Source: Raillietiella orientalis
Taxonomy: Eukaryota
Assembly (NCBI GenBank): GCA_036172245.1
Contig: JAYWIR010000078.1
Coordinates: 1-64,000, forward strand
Reading direction: 5' to 3'
Length of the DNA: 64,000 bases
Within the stretch, counting starts at the first letter, position 1. Each line of letters starts with the position of its first letter. The notes under the pieces are model-generated. The model made no database searches. It was not told where the DNA came from and saw only the letters and a list, made by a program, of their open reading frames with translations. Positions 10,151-24,975 of this stretch are shown piece by piece. The position numbers and the translations under genes are program-made.

Positions 10151-13100
10151 TCATGTTAAAGCACCATAATTTGTACAGGAGCAACCACAGCCAGCAGGAC
10201 AAACTGTCTGTTTTTCAAACCATTGCAATATATGCATTGCATGACCACCATGACCACAAATTAAACAGAAATTCGATGAGCCTGAAAAATATGTCTTTTT
10301 AGATGATTGATATTTACCATGGGGAAATAAATACTGTCTACTGGTTGCAAACCTTTAACAGGAAGATGACACAAAACGCACTTGAACGCATACAAGTTAC
10401 ATTCATGGCAAAGGAGGGTCTTCTCTTTGATGTCATGTTTACAGTGTGGGCAGACCACTACAAATGTGATGCTGTCGACATTGCAGGGTTCATGTGTTAA
10501 GTATTTCAACACCTAAAATGAAAGGCCTGATGCACCATGATTCTGAGTTGAACCAAACCGACAACTTTGAAATTACAATGATACATCATAGAGATGCTAT
10601 GATGTGATTGCCACATCAATAGATATTCTTTTAAATAATTTGTACATCAATTTACTTTTCAATACAAATAATGGACTTTTAAAATTATGTACTGAACAAT
10701 GAATTAAGGCAAAATAGTGGCACTCTTCACAAGAATCGGTAACCACACAATAAAAAAATTCCCAGTAGAATGACAAAAGGAAAAAACGTTGGTTTTTATC
10801 ATTTTTTTCATAAAATGACAAAATTCTTCATTGCAATGTTCTTAATACTTTTACCTTTAAAGAGCAAGAAACATGACAGACACCATTCTATCAAAGGCAC
10901 AGTAATATGAACACAAGTATATGAAATTAATCAGAAATAATGTATGAATATAAGGATGAAAATTCTCAATTTAACTGAAACTGAAGCAGTCACAAACAGT
11001 TAGGGTATACAAGACACTCCATAAATGAACAATGACCGAATTTATTAACTTGCCAGTTAAGCTAACACAATTCAAAAGTACAGGACGGTAGTGACAGAAA
11101 GAAATGGTTAAAAAATCTGTAAAGAAAACTAGCCTTGCTTGTAAAATAAATGATGGGTCTTTATGCATAGAAGCATGATGGGAATTCATTTAACACAAAC
11201 ATGTGCTTGACCTCATTTGTCAACACAGCATAGTACATAGCACAGCCATAATGGAAACCCAATGACAAATTTTTCACAGAGAACAAACCAAGCAATGCAT
11301 TACTGGGTACAAAAAATTACTGGCATGTTTCCACTTCTCACATATTCCTAGAAATAATTATCAAAAAGCGAGGTCAAGTTTATGGAAATCGTATGTAGAC
11401 GAATCCATACTTATAAAAACAAATGTAATTTTCGTAATTTTCGTTGTAGCATCTGATGTGCACATTTACGAACTGAAAAAAACCTACTTTACATACGACT
11501 AAAGACAAAGTTATTCATTGAGGTTTTTGTATGTACATTTCTCTACCTATATGTTTTCTTTTTTTTTCCTCTAGTCAAACCAATACCAGTAAATCAACTT
11601 TTATTTTTCATTTAAAAGTAAAAAGATAATCGCTTTATCCATCATGAAACCACCTGTATGGAAAGAATATTCACTGCCTTTTTCAAATTGTCAGTTGTGA
11701 ACGTGGAAGGACATAAGAGTGAGGAAACTGCACCAGTCAAGTTGGATGAGGTACTCGAAACACAAATTCACCTCCAAAGTGGTTTTAAAAAATTGGCACA
11801 TTACAAAAAAACCTGACAGCAAGAAGAGGGTTCACATGATAACCATGAAGGAACAAACTCTGAGAGACTAATCAAGGGGGGAGGGGGGGGGGAATAAACA
11901 TCAAAAGTTGAAACTTATACAAAAGTTGTAAGGCATACTAAAAGTCTAGGCAAACGGGAGCAAGGTGTTTGATTCACAAAGAATACCTCAACGTTGGTTC
12001 GAAGTACTCTGAATAGGGAATGTGTTTTCTGACAAAAAATCGGCAAAAGGATGTGAATTTTCATGTTACGGAATAACAAAAGTCGTTTTTTTTGTTATTC
12101 CGTAACGTGAAAATAGTCACCTTAGTCACCATAGTCACCTTAGCTTACGATAAAATACCTTAAGCTGCAAAAGGAAGCATATTAATTATGGAATACCCTG
12201 TATGCAAAAAAAGAATTCTGAAGCACAAGCCAAGAGTAAATTAAATCACAACCTAAAAAAGAAAAAATACTTTTTCAGTATGCCACACTATTTAGAATCC
12301 TTTACTAGTTTTTACAAATAATGTTTCAGAAAAAAAGCATGTATCGGATTTTTTCCACATTTGTCAACATCATGTCCTCACACATAGTCTGCTTTCAAAA
12401 GCTGGAATGCCTTTAAACATGATGCACTACACAAACTTTAAGACAAGATGAAACAATCAAAAACAGTTTGAATCTGAGAACGTACATCAGTAAACATACG
12501 CACTTGCCTTACATCTGTTCTTTTCTAATTTTAGATCAAAAACTTTTAAGTACTTTATATACTTCCACTTCAATCATTCAATATTTTCATTTCTGTTCAA
12601 TAATAATATCCTCATTATCAAAAGGAATACTTCCATCCTTCAATTTGGCAACAGTTCATACATAACAAGAATATTTTATAATTGGAATTATTTTCCTGTA
12701 AGCTGCATACCCATTGGAATCATAAAACAATATTCCCAAATAAATATGCCTAAGGTTCCAATATAAATCATCTAATAAGTAAAACACTAATGGTTTTTCT
12801 TCACATACATTTGGTTTTCGATTAAGTAAAAGATTTCTTGCCAAAGATTTCAAGATAATCACAGTTTTGCAAAAAAAAAAAAATTAGGACATCCAGGGAA
12901 TGAAGCATTTGCAAATACTTTAATCCATCAACATAAAAACGATAACACAAACACAATGACAGCATACATGGAGCACCATTTTTTAGAGTACACAATTACC
13001 TGTGCTCTGGACTCCAACAACTGCCAACGATACAGGATTTCTCCATATGCTTGCTTATAACAATCATAAACATGACTTTTATTTGACTTCAAAAATCTGC

Positions 13101-16100
13101 AAGAAATTACTCATTAAAGGCTTTTTTTTTACAGCTGGATTTAAATTTACTGAAAATCATATTTTGGAGATTGAGTACTCTCATTTTCAATCATTGCATT
13201 TTCCACTTTTAGTTCTTCAAGAGACCACGAATTTGAACGACTTTGTTTGGGAATTAACCAAGTATCTACTCCAATATCAGTTACATGATACGTGTGATAG
13301 GGACTCCCACCAAGCTAATAATAAAAAAATTTGAGGTCCAAAGAGCAAACAAATAGCAATGAACTGGCTATAAAAATTTGTTAGCTAATGGTCATGCAAA
13401 ACATTTATTACGAAAGCTGTTAACGTAGCAATACATTTATCACAAAAAGCTGGCTATAATCAGTTTAATTACGTTAGACTTGCACTGTACCTTGAGGACC
13501 CATTTGCCCCAAAAATGCCGCTATAAAAATGAAAAAATGGTATTAACTCAAATTGATATATTTAGTTAAGAGAACATAATTCACTGCATTTTACAGTTCT
13601 GTGATTGTTCACACTAAATTGAAAACTCTTACGGGATTTTCGAAAAAAGATTTCTTTTTATTCAAATTTAATTCCAAGAAATCCAGGCTGGCAACACAGC
13701 AAAGCATGGCCAATGTTTGAATATCTCTCAATTTCATGTAATGATCAATCCTATTGTAATGGAAAATGAAAAAAGTTTTCAAGATTTAAGACATACAAAT
13801 CCTGGAGCAGTTTCTGACCAAAGGGATGAAGAGGCCATGGCATACTATCATTTTCCTTCATAGGCATTTGAGCAGGAGTCAACACTAACTCCAATAATTT
13901 CCAGAAATGCACCAGATCCTTGCGTCCAATACTTTCAGCTGCATCAGCATTATGGTTACATGTATGACATAAATCTTTATCCAAACTGAAGAGGGTACTT
14001 TAAATTACATTTTAATGAATTACCACATTACATATACTGAACAGCTAAATCCTTGTTCAAGAGCATCAAATCACACATGTCATATATGAATACTTGGCCA
14101 ATTTTTCCTGAGCGTCCAAGACTGTCTACTTGGTTTCTACTTTTTGTTTTCAGCTTTGATTTCTGGGTAATCAATATATTAGTATAAAGTCTTTTCCTAA
14201 TAAATACTTACATCCTGATAATAATAAGAGACAGATACATTGGCTTCATTACTGGGGGACTGTGGCTGAGAACGGAATATATAATTTCCAGTTATTGTAC
14301 CAAGATTAGATATATATGCTGAAAGGGCAGACAAAGACCTAGGAAGATCAGCATTCCCTGCTTTTTTCATGAAGGATGGTCGAGCAAAGCACACCAATTG
14401 TCCTAAAACAAGCACGGTTCTGCAGACAAGGAACATCTTGATAAACTTCTTTTGCATGAAAATGGAATTTTATTGTAAATTTTATACACATGCACTGAAC
14501 ATGCACTTCACTAAAATGATAACAATGCCAATGAATCAAAACATGAGACATTCCATGAATCAAATGATCATAGTATTTTAATAAATAGTTAGTATTTCTC
14601 ATGTATTTATGCTGTACTATCATTCAAAGTTCGGCACTCAAATTAGTCTAAAGAAAAGCATTTTGCAGTCACATAGTTACTTAAAAATCACTATTACAAA
14701 TAATCTCTGATTTGGGCAGATCTTGAGACTGATTGCTTTCATTATACTACATGAATTTCACAATCTACTACATATTTTGCGAAGTATTTTCACACTAAGA
14801 GGATTATAAATGTCTGCTGACCAGCTATAAATTTGTTGATGGTAAAAGATATTAATAAAAAAACGCAATTTACACTAATCATATTAATCCTTACTTGCGA
14901 AATGAAATGGATGCTGACTAATAGTAATCAATTTACAAAAAAAAAAAAAAAATCACCATAAGCATAGCTGGCATGGAAAAAAAAAAGTCAGAAAAATCTC
15001 AGGGAAAAATAGATTTTACCAGCTCCACAGAAACGTGCTCCAGAAGTTTGTGGAAAAGGTACACTAGTATTTCTGAAACTTTTATATGAATCATCTTGAA
15101 AAGCTTTGCTTTTTTTGAATTTTTCAGTTGTGTTGTTAGAATTGACCTGAAAAACACTGATCGGACCAAATACATATTCAACTTACTGATTCAGATACAG
15201 ATTCAACTAACAAGTTCAGTTGTCTGATGCAAGGTTCTAAACAGTTTCTGTTTTTTTTTACACACTGCATTGCTGTATCTTGAAGTACCTTTAGAAAGAC
15301 AAGCAAATATGCATAAGTACTTTTGAAGATCTGATACAATGTGGAACAGAATGTGTGAGAACAAAATAATAAATCCATTATAGCAAATTCGAGCAAATTA
15401 AACAAAACGAATGAACTTCTGAAAAACCAAAAATTTAAATTTAGAAATTTATAAAATTGTACACAAAAGATGTTTATAGATAAGATAGTTTATGGGTCAA
15501 AGTTCATAAAGGATCCAGGAATAACATAAATACAAGCATTGGACATCAAGACATCATGAAAATTATGATTACAGAACAAATAAAGAGTGCACACATTGCC
15601 CACACCTGACATTCATAAAGTAAAGCACAAAACCAAATAAGTGATAAACCAAAAGGTTACTGAATGTTTTTAGAAACAGTAATGAAAACACATTTTAAAA
15701 GAAAGGCTAGAATAATAATATTTTAACATCTAATAAATTTTTAATCATTTGATGTAAAATGCCATTCTGTCATCATATGATTACTCAAAGATCTACATGG
15801 TACAATGTTTTCACAAAATATTTGAATGGAAGGGCATTAAGATGTTTCATGGTCTACTCAAAACTAAAAAAAAATTAGCTTTCTGGAAACATTCATGGGC
15901 ACTTGATACTACAACAAAGAACCATCAGAATTATAATTAAATATGCAGCTATTAAAATGTAAAAATAATTTTATATCGAAACTATAAACATGATCAAAAA
16001 CAGCACATTATTATCCACAATTGCGCAAATTTCTAAGAAACTTTCAAATTTTGAAAACTCTTTAACGAAAGTTGTGAAAATGAGAAAACACTGGATAGAA

Positions 16101-19100
16101 TCAAAGAAATGCCAATTCAACTTTAATCTTATTTACATGTACCCTTCCTCCCTGAAAACTAAATCCACAGTAGGAATGTTTTCTTTGTTCATTCTTTTTC
16201 TTTCAACTTCCTATTATCGTAAAAGATTTTCAAAGCTTTTTATCAGTTGCTTCTTTTATAGTCATGCCTGTTCTGCACATAAACTACCTTTCTATACTTA
16301 ATTTCTGATCATAGAAGCACTCCAGAAAGTTGAGTGTCATTAGTTTGCTAAGCTGATGCAGGTGATTATTATTGTTTCTATATCAAATTCATATAATAGC
16401 TTTACACTCGTGTCTTCCTGAATAAGAAACCATATATCAGAATTTGTACATAGACCCCAAACAGAACACTTTAAAAAGATACTTAGATTTATTTTTCTAT
16501 CTGTACTTGTAGTTTTGATCAATTATTTCGAAGTATAATTAATCCGAAAACCTTTGTCGTTAATTGAAAACTTAGGCGTTTATTTTGCTTATATATACCA
16601 TACACTATAGTACAATTAACTACTCTTTCACTTTTAAGGAGTTTCATTTGCTAAAACTGCTAAACTAGTGATCTTAATTTAATTTCAAAGTGTTTTCATC
16701 AGTGTTGGAAATCAAATACACCCAATATTTTTCAAAACCTTGTCTGTTTTGAATGAAGCTTGAATTCTTGCTCTACATTAATCTATGCATTTTTCATTCC
16801 TACTGACTTTTTTTTTCTTTTCCTCTCGCATTATCTCTGCAATGAAGGAATCTTTGCTGTCTACATTCCATGTGGTTTCCATGTAAATCAAATCATCAAA
16901 GCCAATTTATTAAAATTATTTAAAAATTTTTAAGATTATGTTTTTGTTTTAAGATACTGTAGTCACTTTCCCATTTTTATTTCCCATTTCTTTGATTACA
17001 TGAATAGCTGAGAATTTCTTGAGCTGCTGAATTTAATAATATTTCAAATACATGTTTCCTTTATTCATTTCTCTTTATCATTTTTCTTTTATTTAGTTTT
17101 CTAAATTATCTTAAAAGGATAGGATAAAAGTTATTAATACTTGCTTGTTTAAAAATAAATTAGGTATATTTTCTTTTTTCAAACTAATTCAAAACATCAC
17201 AAAGCTTCAAACCAATAGCAAAACATAACTAAGATTCTTGAAAAGTTGATGCTTACCTTAAGCACTTTACTTTTTTCAGCATCATTAAGAGTAGTTCCAC
17301 TCATAACATGAAAAGAGGGTGCAGAATTGCAAGGATAAGTTGGTGGAAACACAACCTTTAAGAATGCCTTATGATTCTTGTAATCACCAGAAATTCTGCA
17401 ACTTCCTTTTTGTAGATCAATCTAGTGGTTTTTAAGAACACAGTAAACTGTATGAACAAATTACTTACCTTTTCTACTTTAATATTACTCACTGCAGTGT
17501 TAATAAGGGCAAATTCCTGTTTTAAAGACTGGGGCTGTAGTACTGATTCATTGTTTGCCGATCCCTTTCCGGTATCTTGGGAAAATTGATCAGAAGTACG
17601 AGTTTCTGAATTGGGCGTCGTTTCATTTACAGATTTAGAATCCACTTTAGTTTCCTTGCAATCAAGACCTTCTAGAGAGAAAACTTTCATACAAATGCAG
17701 TAAACAAGCAATCTGAAAGCTGCAAGATCTTTGCAGGCAATGCTTTTTATCATTTCCGAAAACAGACTTTACATTCAGAAATAATAATCCTGGATGATAA
17801 TAATTACCTAGATCAGAAGCTGAAGCATCTTTGACTGACTGAAATTCTTTCATGGGTGCTTCAAATGCATCTTGTACCTGAGCACTTCTACACAGCTATA
17901 AATAGAAATATGAAAATTTATATCTGCCTGCCACCAATTTACTTTGAGGAGTTGCTGGTTCATCTTCCATATTCTAAGGTTAAAATCTTTAGACCACGTT
18001 ACTAAATGAAAATCATGGGAATCTGTGGAGATCATTTTTAGTGACAGGAGGAAACTTTTATGCATGACATACCATTGCACTTCCTCCACTCAAAATCTAA
18101 TACAGCACTAGGAAATTTTTCCAAAGTATGGAGCACAGATAAATTTGAGAGATGTTCACAATTCCATAACAACAAGCTGCTTTCACGGGTGAACTGTGGC
18201 ATCAACACAGTCATCAAACCACCAGGAAATGGCTTAAATTAGATTCTTTAACATTTCGAACCCACCAAAATCATTAAATAAAAACCAAATATTTTGAAAC
18301 ATGCCACATAATGTCATATAATGATGAAGAAAAATTTTTGAAGTATCTTTCAAAATTTCCGAAACTCACTGTGAAACGTGCTTTGTAGACCGGAAGGTCT
18401 GTTTTTTGTGTATGTTCAGGAATTCTAGGAGCATCAGTATTGAAAAATTTAAAATTAAAATCCTGTGAGGAAGTAACCATAATGTTTTTATGAAAAGGAC
18501 TCCAATCTAAGCTATGAATCTTGGAAATATGTGCAGTAATGTATAAAGTTGGTGAGTTTAAGTTCCTTAAATCCCATAGACGAACATCACCTTCATGACT
18601 AGTTGCAAAAACTTGTCCACAGATTTTATTCCATTTGACTTGATTAGCACTAGCTTTAAAAAACATAAAACAAAAATATTTGACAGCAATACACACATTT
18701 ACCTACAGCTGTTAAAGAATAAATTGGTCTGTCAGGAGTGCGAATATCCCAAACATATATATAAGAATCCATGGAACAAGTTGCAAGCAGATGTGCATCA
18801 AATTTGTGCCAATCTATGTCACAGATGGAGCGAGTATGTGCATAGAAATTACTTATTTTTGTGAGGGATCCTTCTCTGTGCTGATGTAGTTCACATATTT
18901 GATTACACTGTAAGATAATACAATTGGAATTCCCTTAACGGAACAAAATTCTACAAAGAAAAGTCAAAGTCCTAAAGACATCTCTTACCATTATGCTAAA
19001 TTTATTTGTCAATAACCTTAAGAAAAATTACAATAAAGTTCAGTGAGAACTAAGTTTGGTACTTCAAAACATTAAAGACACCATTTAATTTTAACCAATT

Positions 19101-19728
19101 AGCTTTAAAAAAAATAGTTTTTGGACATCACATATCTATTTGAACAATAACTAAATGCATCTGAGATACACAAATTTCCCTGCATTTTTTATATTTGACA
19201 TTTTACAGACTTTACAATTCCCAGAATGATATTTTGGAAAATTCATATAAAACTTGTTTACACTGAGCGTAATTTTGTCAGCACATTCAGGTAGGGGTCC
19301 CCAAACTGCAACTCCAATTTCCCATTTGTTCGACCTCGGAACTTTCATCATTAACTGATCAGGTCTGTCTAGATTAAGTAATGCTAGTATTCTCCTCCTG
19401 AAGGAAAATATTTGGATAATTAGTTTCACCCAACTCCTTCTTACACTGTATCAAAGTTAATAAAATGATGAATTAATACTTACCCAGCCAGCATCACCAG
19501 CTGTCCCTCTCTATCAATTCCCATGGCAGAAGCCTATGCAAAACATTAGTACTAGTGTGCTTCTACTTAAATAAGTATTCTTAAAACTATATGAACACAA
19601 ATTCATATATTTACTTAATGTTTATTTATAAACTATTGCATGAAAGGCTATTTATAATTTCTTTACATGTTTACCTGTAATTCATGGTACTCCACACAAA
19701 TTTTTCCATCTTTCCATAAAGTTTCCAT
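10151..19728 (-). CDS. WDR59: GATOR2 complex subunit WDR59 (WD40 repeats, RWD domain, C-terminal zinc-binding/RING region); multi-exon
   Basis: Exon translations match WDR59 as I recall it: METLWKDGKICVEYHELQ|ASAMGIDREGQLVMLAG; ASANQVKWNK..ATSHEGDVRLWDLR..AHISKIHSLDW..TSSQD; LVTWSKDFNLRIW; QPQSLKQEFALIN; FARPS..LPRSLSALSAY; PWPLHPFGQKLL; YGEILYRW; C-terminal CVLCHLPVKG|SSNFCLICGHGGHAMHILQWFEKQTVCPAGCGCSC. ATG at 19728, TGA at 10151-10153. Confidence 0.95.
12057..12114. other. Near-perfect 25-bp-arm hairpin in a WDR59 intron, followed by three 9-bp tandem copies (tagtcacc[t/a])
   Basis: attttcatgttacggaataacaaaa (12057-12081) and ttttgttattccgtaacgtgaaaat (12090-12114) are reverse complements with one mismatch; 8-nt loop. 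Confidence 0.85.
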
Positions 19729-22700
19729 GATGCTTTACATATTTCTTGGCCCTAAAAGTTCTTATCTAGTTTTAGAAAATTCATTCTCTTTCACTGCATC
19801 ACTATTTTTTGCAACTTTTCCTCAATATATACCTTAGCAATTGATAAAGCTAAATGGGGTACTTGAATCTGAAGAAATCCTATATCTGAACATTCCTGAA
19901 AATCAAATTCATTGAATAATCATTGCCATATTTTGAATGAAGTTTCAAATTTTTGCTTCAGAATCTTTTGTAGGAATAAATTTATTTAACAAATTAAGTC
20001 ACACAATGCTAGAAGTACATCACTGTGGCGTTTCATTGTAGGATCTTTCCTCTTAACAAACAATGATTGGCTCTACCACACTGAATTCATAGAAAAACAC
20101 TGATAACATTGTAATTTGTACTTTGCAACCCTTGGCTGACAGTTTTACTGTATGACCAAAATTCATCCAGTAAAACTTCAACCTCTTTTATTTCTAGAAC
20201 GCTTTTGGAACTAGCTTTCTTGGCTTACATTTCCAGAGAAAGACGAGAACACTGTCTAATACACTAGAGACATCAAAATTAAAGTAATATAATTACGTCA
20301 GAATGTGTAACACATGCTTAACTGCTTTGGATAACACATCCCGTTAAATCTTCCCGCGCACACCTTCCACAAGTTGAAACTGACATGTAAACAAATATTC
20401 AAATTTCATATGAAAAAAACTTACATTTTAATGTAAACTGCTTATTCACTTTGAAAAAGTAAATAATAAGCCTGCTTTGAAAAAGCTCTGCTTACCTAAC
20501 CGAAACAGTTTCGAAAACTGCCGCAAAAACACGGGGAACAGTAGAATCCAATTGCTACATACTCTGCCCTCATTGCAGGTTGCTATTGCAAAAAGAAAAA
20601 CCATATGCATACGTTTAATGCATATATTTTTGACTTATTGGTTTGTTTATATTTGCATGAGAGCGGTTTTTCTTGCTTAGGAGTGAGCACGCCCCCACAT
20701 GCACACACCTACTCCGGTCATCAGACGAATGACTCGACCAGGATTGCTTACACATGATTTGTGTAATGTTTTTGAACGCGTGATCCAGAAAAGTGTTCAA
20801 GCTTGAAATCATTACATGTATATCTCTTATCCTGAGGATATCGATGCCCTGAGTTGGTTATTGCGCAAGGGCAGCATCTTAATCGAGGACGGAAATTGCG
20901 ATGGGATTCTTATTGCTGGTTCAAAAACTTCCTTGATTTTGTCATTGTGGGTGCGATCATTGTCTGTTCTTAAAATCTGGATTGGTGTATTTTTAAGAAA
21001 TAAAGCATAGACGAGACTAAGAAATAAGACTCAGAAATACTCCTGAAATATTTCCCGGAAGCGTGGCGAGAAGAGGGGGTACTCCAAAACTTTGTTTCAT
21101 CTATTACGATAGGAAATGAACGAATCAAGTTTTCATGTTGTACCTATGTGTGCTATATCAACTTGGGGTAAATAGAATTATAGAACCAAGATGTGGCTAA
21201 ATTTTGATTCAAAACGAATTCCAAATCGACCGGTGGAGAAGCAGAAACTTTCAAAAATTTGATTTCACAAAGGCATCCGTGGTTGTCAAGAGATTTTCGC
21301 CAAAGAAATAATTGGAATTCACACACGCAAATACGAAAAAAGGTTTCGAAATTAAAAACGAGTCTCTGATCAGCCGCCTCAAAACGCATTTATTTATGAA
21401 AAATTTGGAGTATTGCTGGAAGAAAAATTTACAATATGGTAAGACCAGTGTACTCTTGACTAAGCGCATAAGGAAAACCCGTAAGGTCTCCAGACATTTT
21501 AAAACGAATAAACTTTCTGAAGTCAATACAAAATGAAGTTTGTAGTTAAATGCAAGAACTACTATTTGCAATGGATGGAGACAAATTTCTGGATGAATGA
21601 CATACGGGAGATACAAACACACTGAATAAATAGAAAAGAATGAAATTAAAGAGATCGAAATTTATATTGAAAACAATTACAAAGACCTACTAAGAATTGA
21701 ATGAAATTTATTTTAGCTAAAATCAGATGTGTCAAGTACCTGAATTATTATACAAATGACAACTCTCCATCATAACACAGTACAGTTGAAAAAGAAATTA
21801 TGAAGTCAGTAGTGTATTTGAGATGTATTATCCTGCATCATGTAGAAACCTCATCTAATTATTTCTGATTTGATTCATCTTTGGATGAAAGTAGTACTCA
21901 TAAAAACAAAGCTTAAGGAAATCGTTCCAAATATTTAGAGTGAAGAAAAATCATGATTTGTTTACAGAAGTAATCAAAAACTCGTTTCCAGCTTGTGAGT
22001 CCTCCACAGTAAACTCCTCCAAAGCCACAGTGAACCCTTGTGATTGATTTACTACTAGCACATCCATGCTTGGATTCCATAGAAATATTCGAAATAGAGA
22101 GATTAGTAAACATGAATCTTTTATTTTTCGTATCTCTTAAATATTTTGACAACTTCTGATTTTATATATTGCTGGAACCATGAAAAGTTGAAACATTAGC
22201 ATGTCTTTGTTATAGCATGCTGGTTCTTGGGTACGTAAAAGCTTTAGCTCAATAAATACTTTACATCATATATTGTTGATTTTGAAGGAAAATTTTTCCC
22301 CTGAATAAAATTTCATACTCAACAGAAAAGGAAACTAATCAGGTTGTTAAAAATTATATATTTTCCTCGACTACCTCCAGAAAAGAATTCTATAACCAGC
22401 TAAATAGATCAATAATCCAAACAGAAAAACCTATCACGAACTATTCATAAAATACTTAGAAATGATCAGAAGGGTGAGGTTTAAATTGAGATATTATTTT
22501 TCATTCTCTGAAGATTTCACAGTACATTAAATCGTCCGATCAGATCAGTCCCCACTGCTAAATGAAAATTCTCCACTGAAAGAAAATGAGCTCAGTTATA
22601 GGAAAGTGTGTGCATACTCTCAGTATGTACGTACTTGCAAAAGACACTAATAAAAATGAGGAAGCTGCATACAGGCATCTTGCCGATAATGTTCAACTCA

Positions 22701-24975
22701 CAAATTGGAAAATCATTCCCTTTTTTTCCTGAAATTCAGTTTCCTTTCATTTGTAATCATGTATTCTTCTTGAACTGTAACTGTGCTAGCCCTAATCAGA
22801 TAAAGGGATATGTTTAGGTCGTTTTCGTCACTTTACAGATTTCAGTAGTTGGCTTTGTATTTTGTAGCTAAAGGTCTTCATGTTTAGCAGGTATATGTGC
22901 CTCACTGACTCCCTTTGTTATTTCTATGTCTGAAGTATGTCCGACTTTTTGTAATGAGTTCTGTTTGCAATAGGCACAGGGGTAGAGCAAACTTTCCTTC
23001 CACATTCTGCGTCTTCAGTGATTTGGCTGCTTGCTGTGAAAATTATAAATGTTAAACCAAGTTGATGTGGCTGAAGAACCATGCGCTTGGTTTGATTAAG
23101 GCGGTTTGTCAGGATAAACGTAAAGTAAGCATTTTCTAAATTGAAATCACGCTTACACTTCGAACATGTGCCCTGCGTTAACCATTAAAATTCAGGAATA
23201 CAGGTTACGATTCTGGTTGTTATGTCGCTAGCAACGGTTGTCACTGTGTTTTTGTTGCAGGAAATATAAATCCTTTTTGTTCAAGTAGGCTTCCATCATC
23301 GCTGATGCTACCCTGCCACTTCAATTTGCGCTACCCTAACTCCGCGAGGACGAGGACAACACATGCACTGCCTTCGTCTGATGGTTTCCCACTCACCGAG
23401 TTTTCGACTCTTGATAAGGCGCTTCAATCGACAGAATTGTTTTCATTCCAGGCAAACAACGACTTTCCCAGCAATTATTTGTCTTGGCGCCCCCAACAGC
23501 AAGGAAATGATTCACATGCACCCTGAAAAAATACGAAAATTTTTTTGGCAACCAATTTAGGTTTGCCTTTTCGCGTTTGCATGACTTATGTGGAAAGGAA
23601 ACACGAAACAAAAAAAAACCAGAAGAAATATCATTCAGAATATTGCATTTAATTCAGAAAAATATGCCTTGATTCATCAGTTCCCTATAAAGTGTATCAA
23701 ATCAAATCTCAAAGTTATTCTTCTGCCAAATTCATTCGACTAATTTAAGAAAGTATGTTTTCATTTATTATATTGTACTTCACTGAGAAAAATGCAGATG
23801 AGTATTCTTTCCCTAAATGAAGCTAAAAAAATGACTATGAACATATACAAAGAAATGAACAAAAAAATGTGTGGATCATCGCTATGATAGATTCTTCTCA
23901 CTTATAGAATTGCAACTTAGAAGTCTTTCTTCCTTGAAAGCTATTAATATTAGAAAGTTGATAATGAAAACGAATCGATGACTCCCTGAGTAATATACTT
24001 GCTTAGAGAAGTTAATCATAGGTTGTCTTTGAATTACAAACCATCTCAAGTATTTCTGCGTTTTCTTAAGTTATAAATCTAGATAATCTTGCAGTCTCAT
24101 TATTATGTGCATATCTTGATATATTACCCTGATATTTACCTAAGCTTTTTTTTATAGTTTCTTATAGGGAAGACGTATGCTTAGTTCTGAATTTTAAACG
24201 GCTTCGAACATTTTAAACTACAAGAGCTTTTCGTATAACTGTGCCCTTTCATTACAACATTTTCCTTGTTGCAAGGAACTCTGGTAGTTTCTTAGAAAAT
24301 TGCTCATGAAACTTGAAGCAGTGTAGGAAATCATTGTTATGGAAATCAGCACACTTCGGCTGAAATGCATTGATTATTTGCTTGCCATTTGAATATTTAA
24401 GAAAGAAGAATCGTTCAAAAATTTATAATAAATGCACAATTGTGCAACTATTTGTAAGCCGATTTTAGAAAGGCATCTAATGGTAAACTATTCAGTGAGA
24501 GGATGCGAGCCGGAATTTTGAAAAAATCCCAAAAATATTCAGGAGTTTTTTCGTATTCATTCATTAAGAAAACCATGATATTTTTTTTAAATGAAATGTG
24601 TTGGCAATACTTGCTTCATCATAATATTGTGTGCATATCGAATATCGAAGATGGGATCCGAATTTTTGCTGAACTTGATGATTTAATCTTATGATATTAA
24701 AGTCTGTTATTAATTTTGATTGATGAAGCCAATCATTCATCTCCGGAACAAAGAAGCGATTATTATACCAAGACCTCTGGTAACAACTTTTATTTGTGTT
24801 GTATGTTGTAATTGAGTTCTTATGTTCATTTAATAGATAATCGAATCGGCGTGCTGACCTCATGCATAACGTAATTGGGTTTAAGCCAATATGGAAAACT
24901 GCGTTATGGATCCCATAATTTTGTAATAGTTACATTTTACAGAAATGGGGACGCAGTGTTTGTGATGCTGTTACT

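Noticed and set aside
20090..20225. Minus-strand EVEVLLDEFWSY resembling an IS1/Merlin DDE motif
   Set aside because: Single short motif, no other transposase residues or TIRs.
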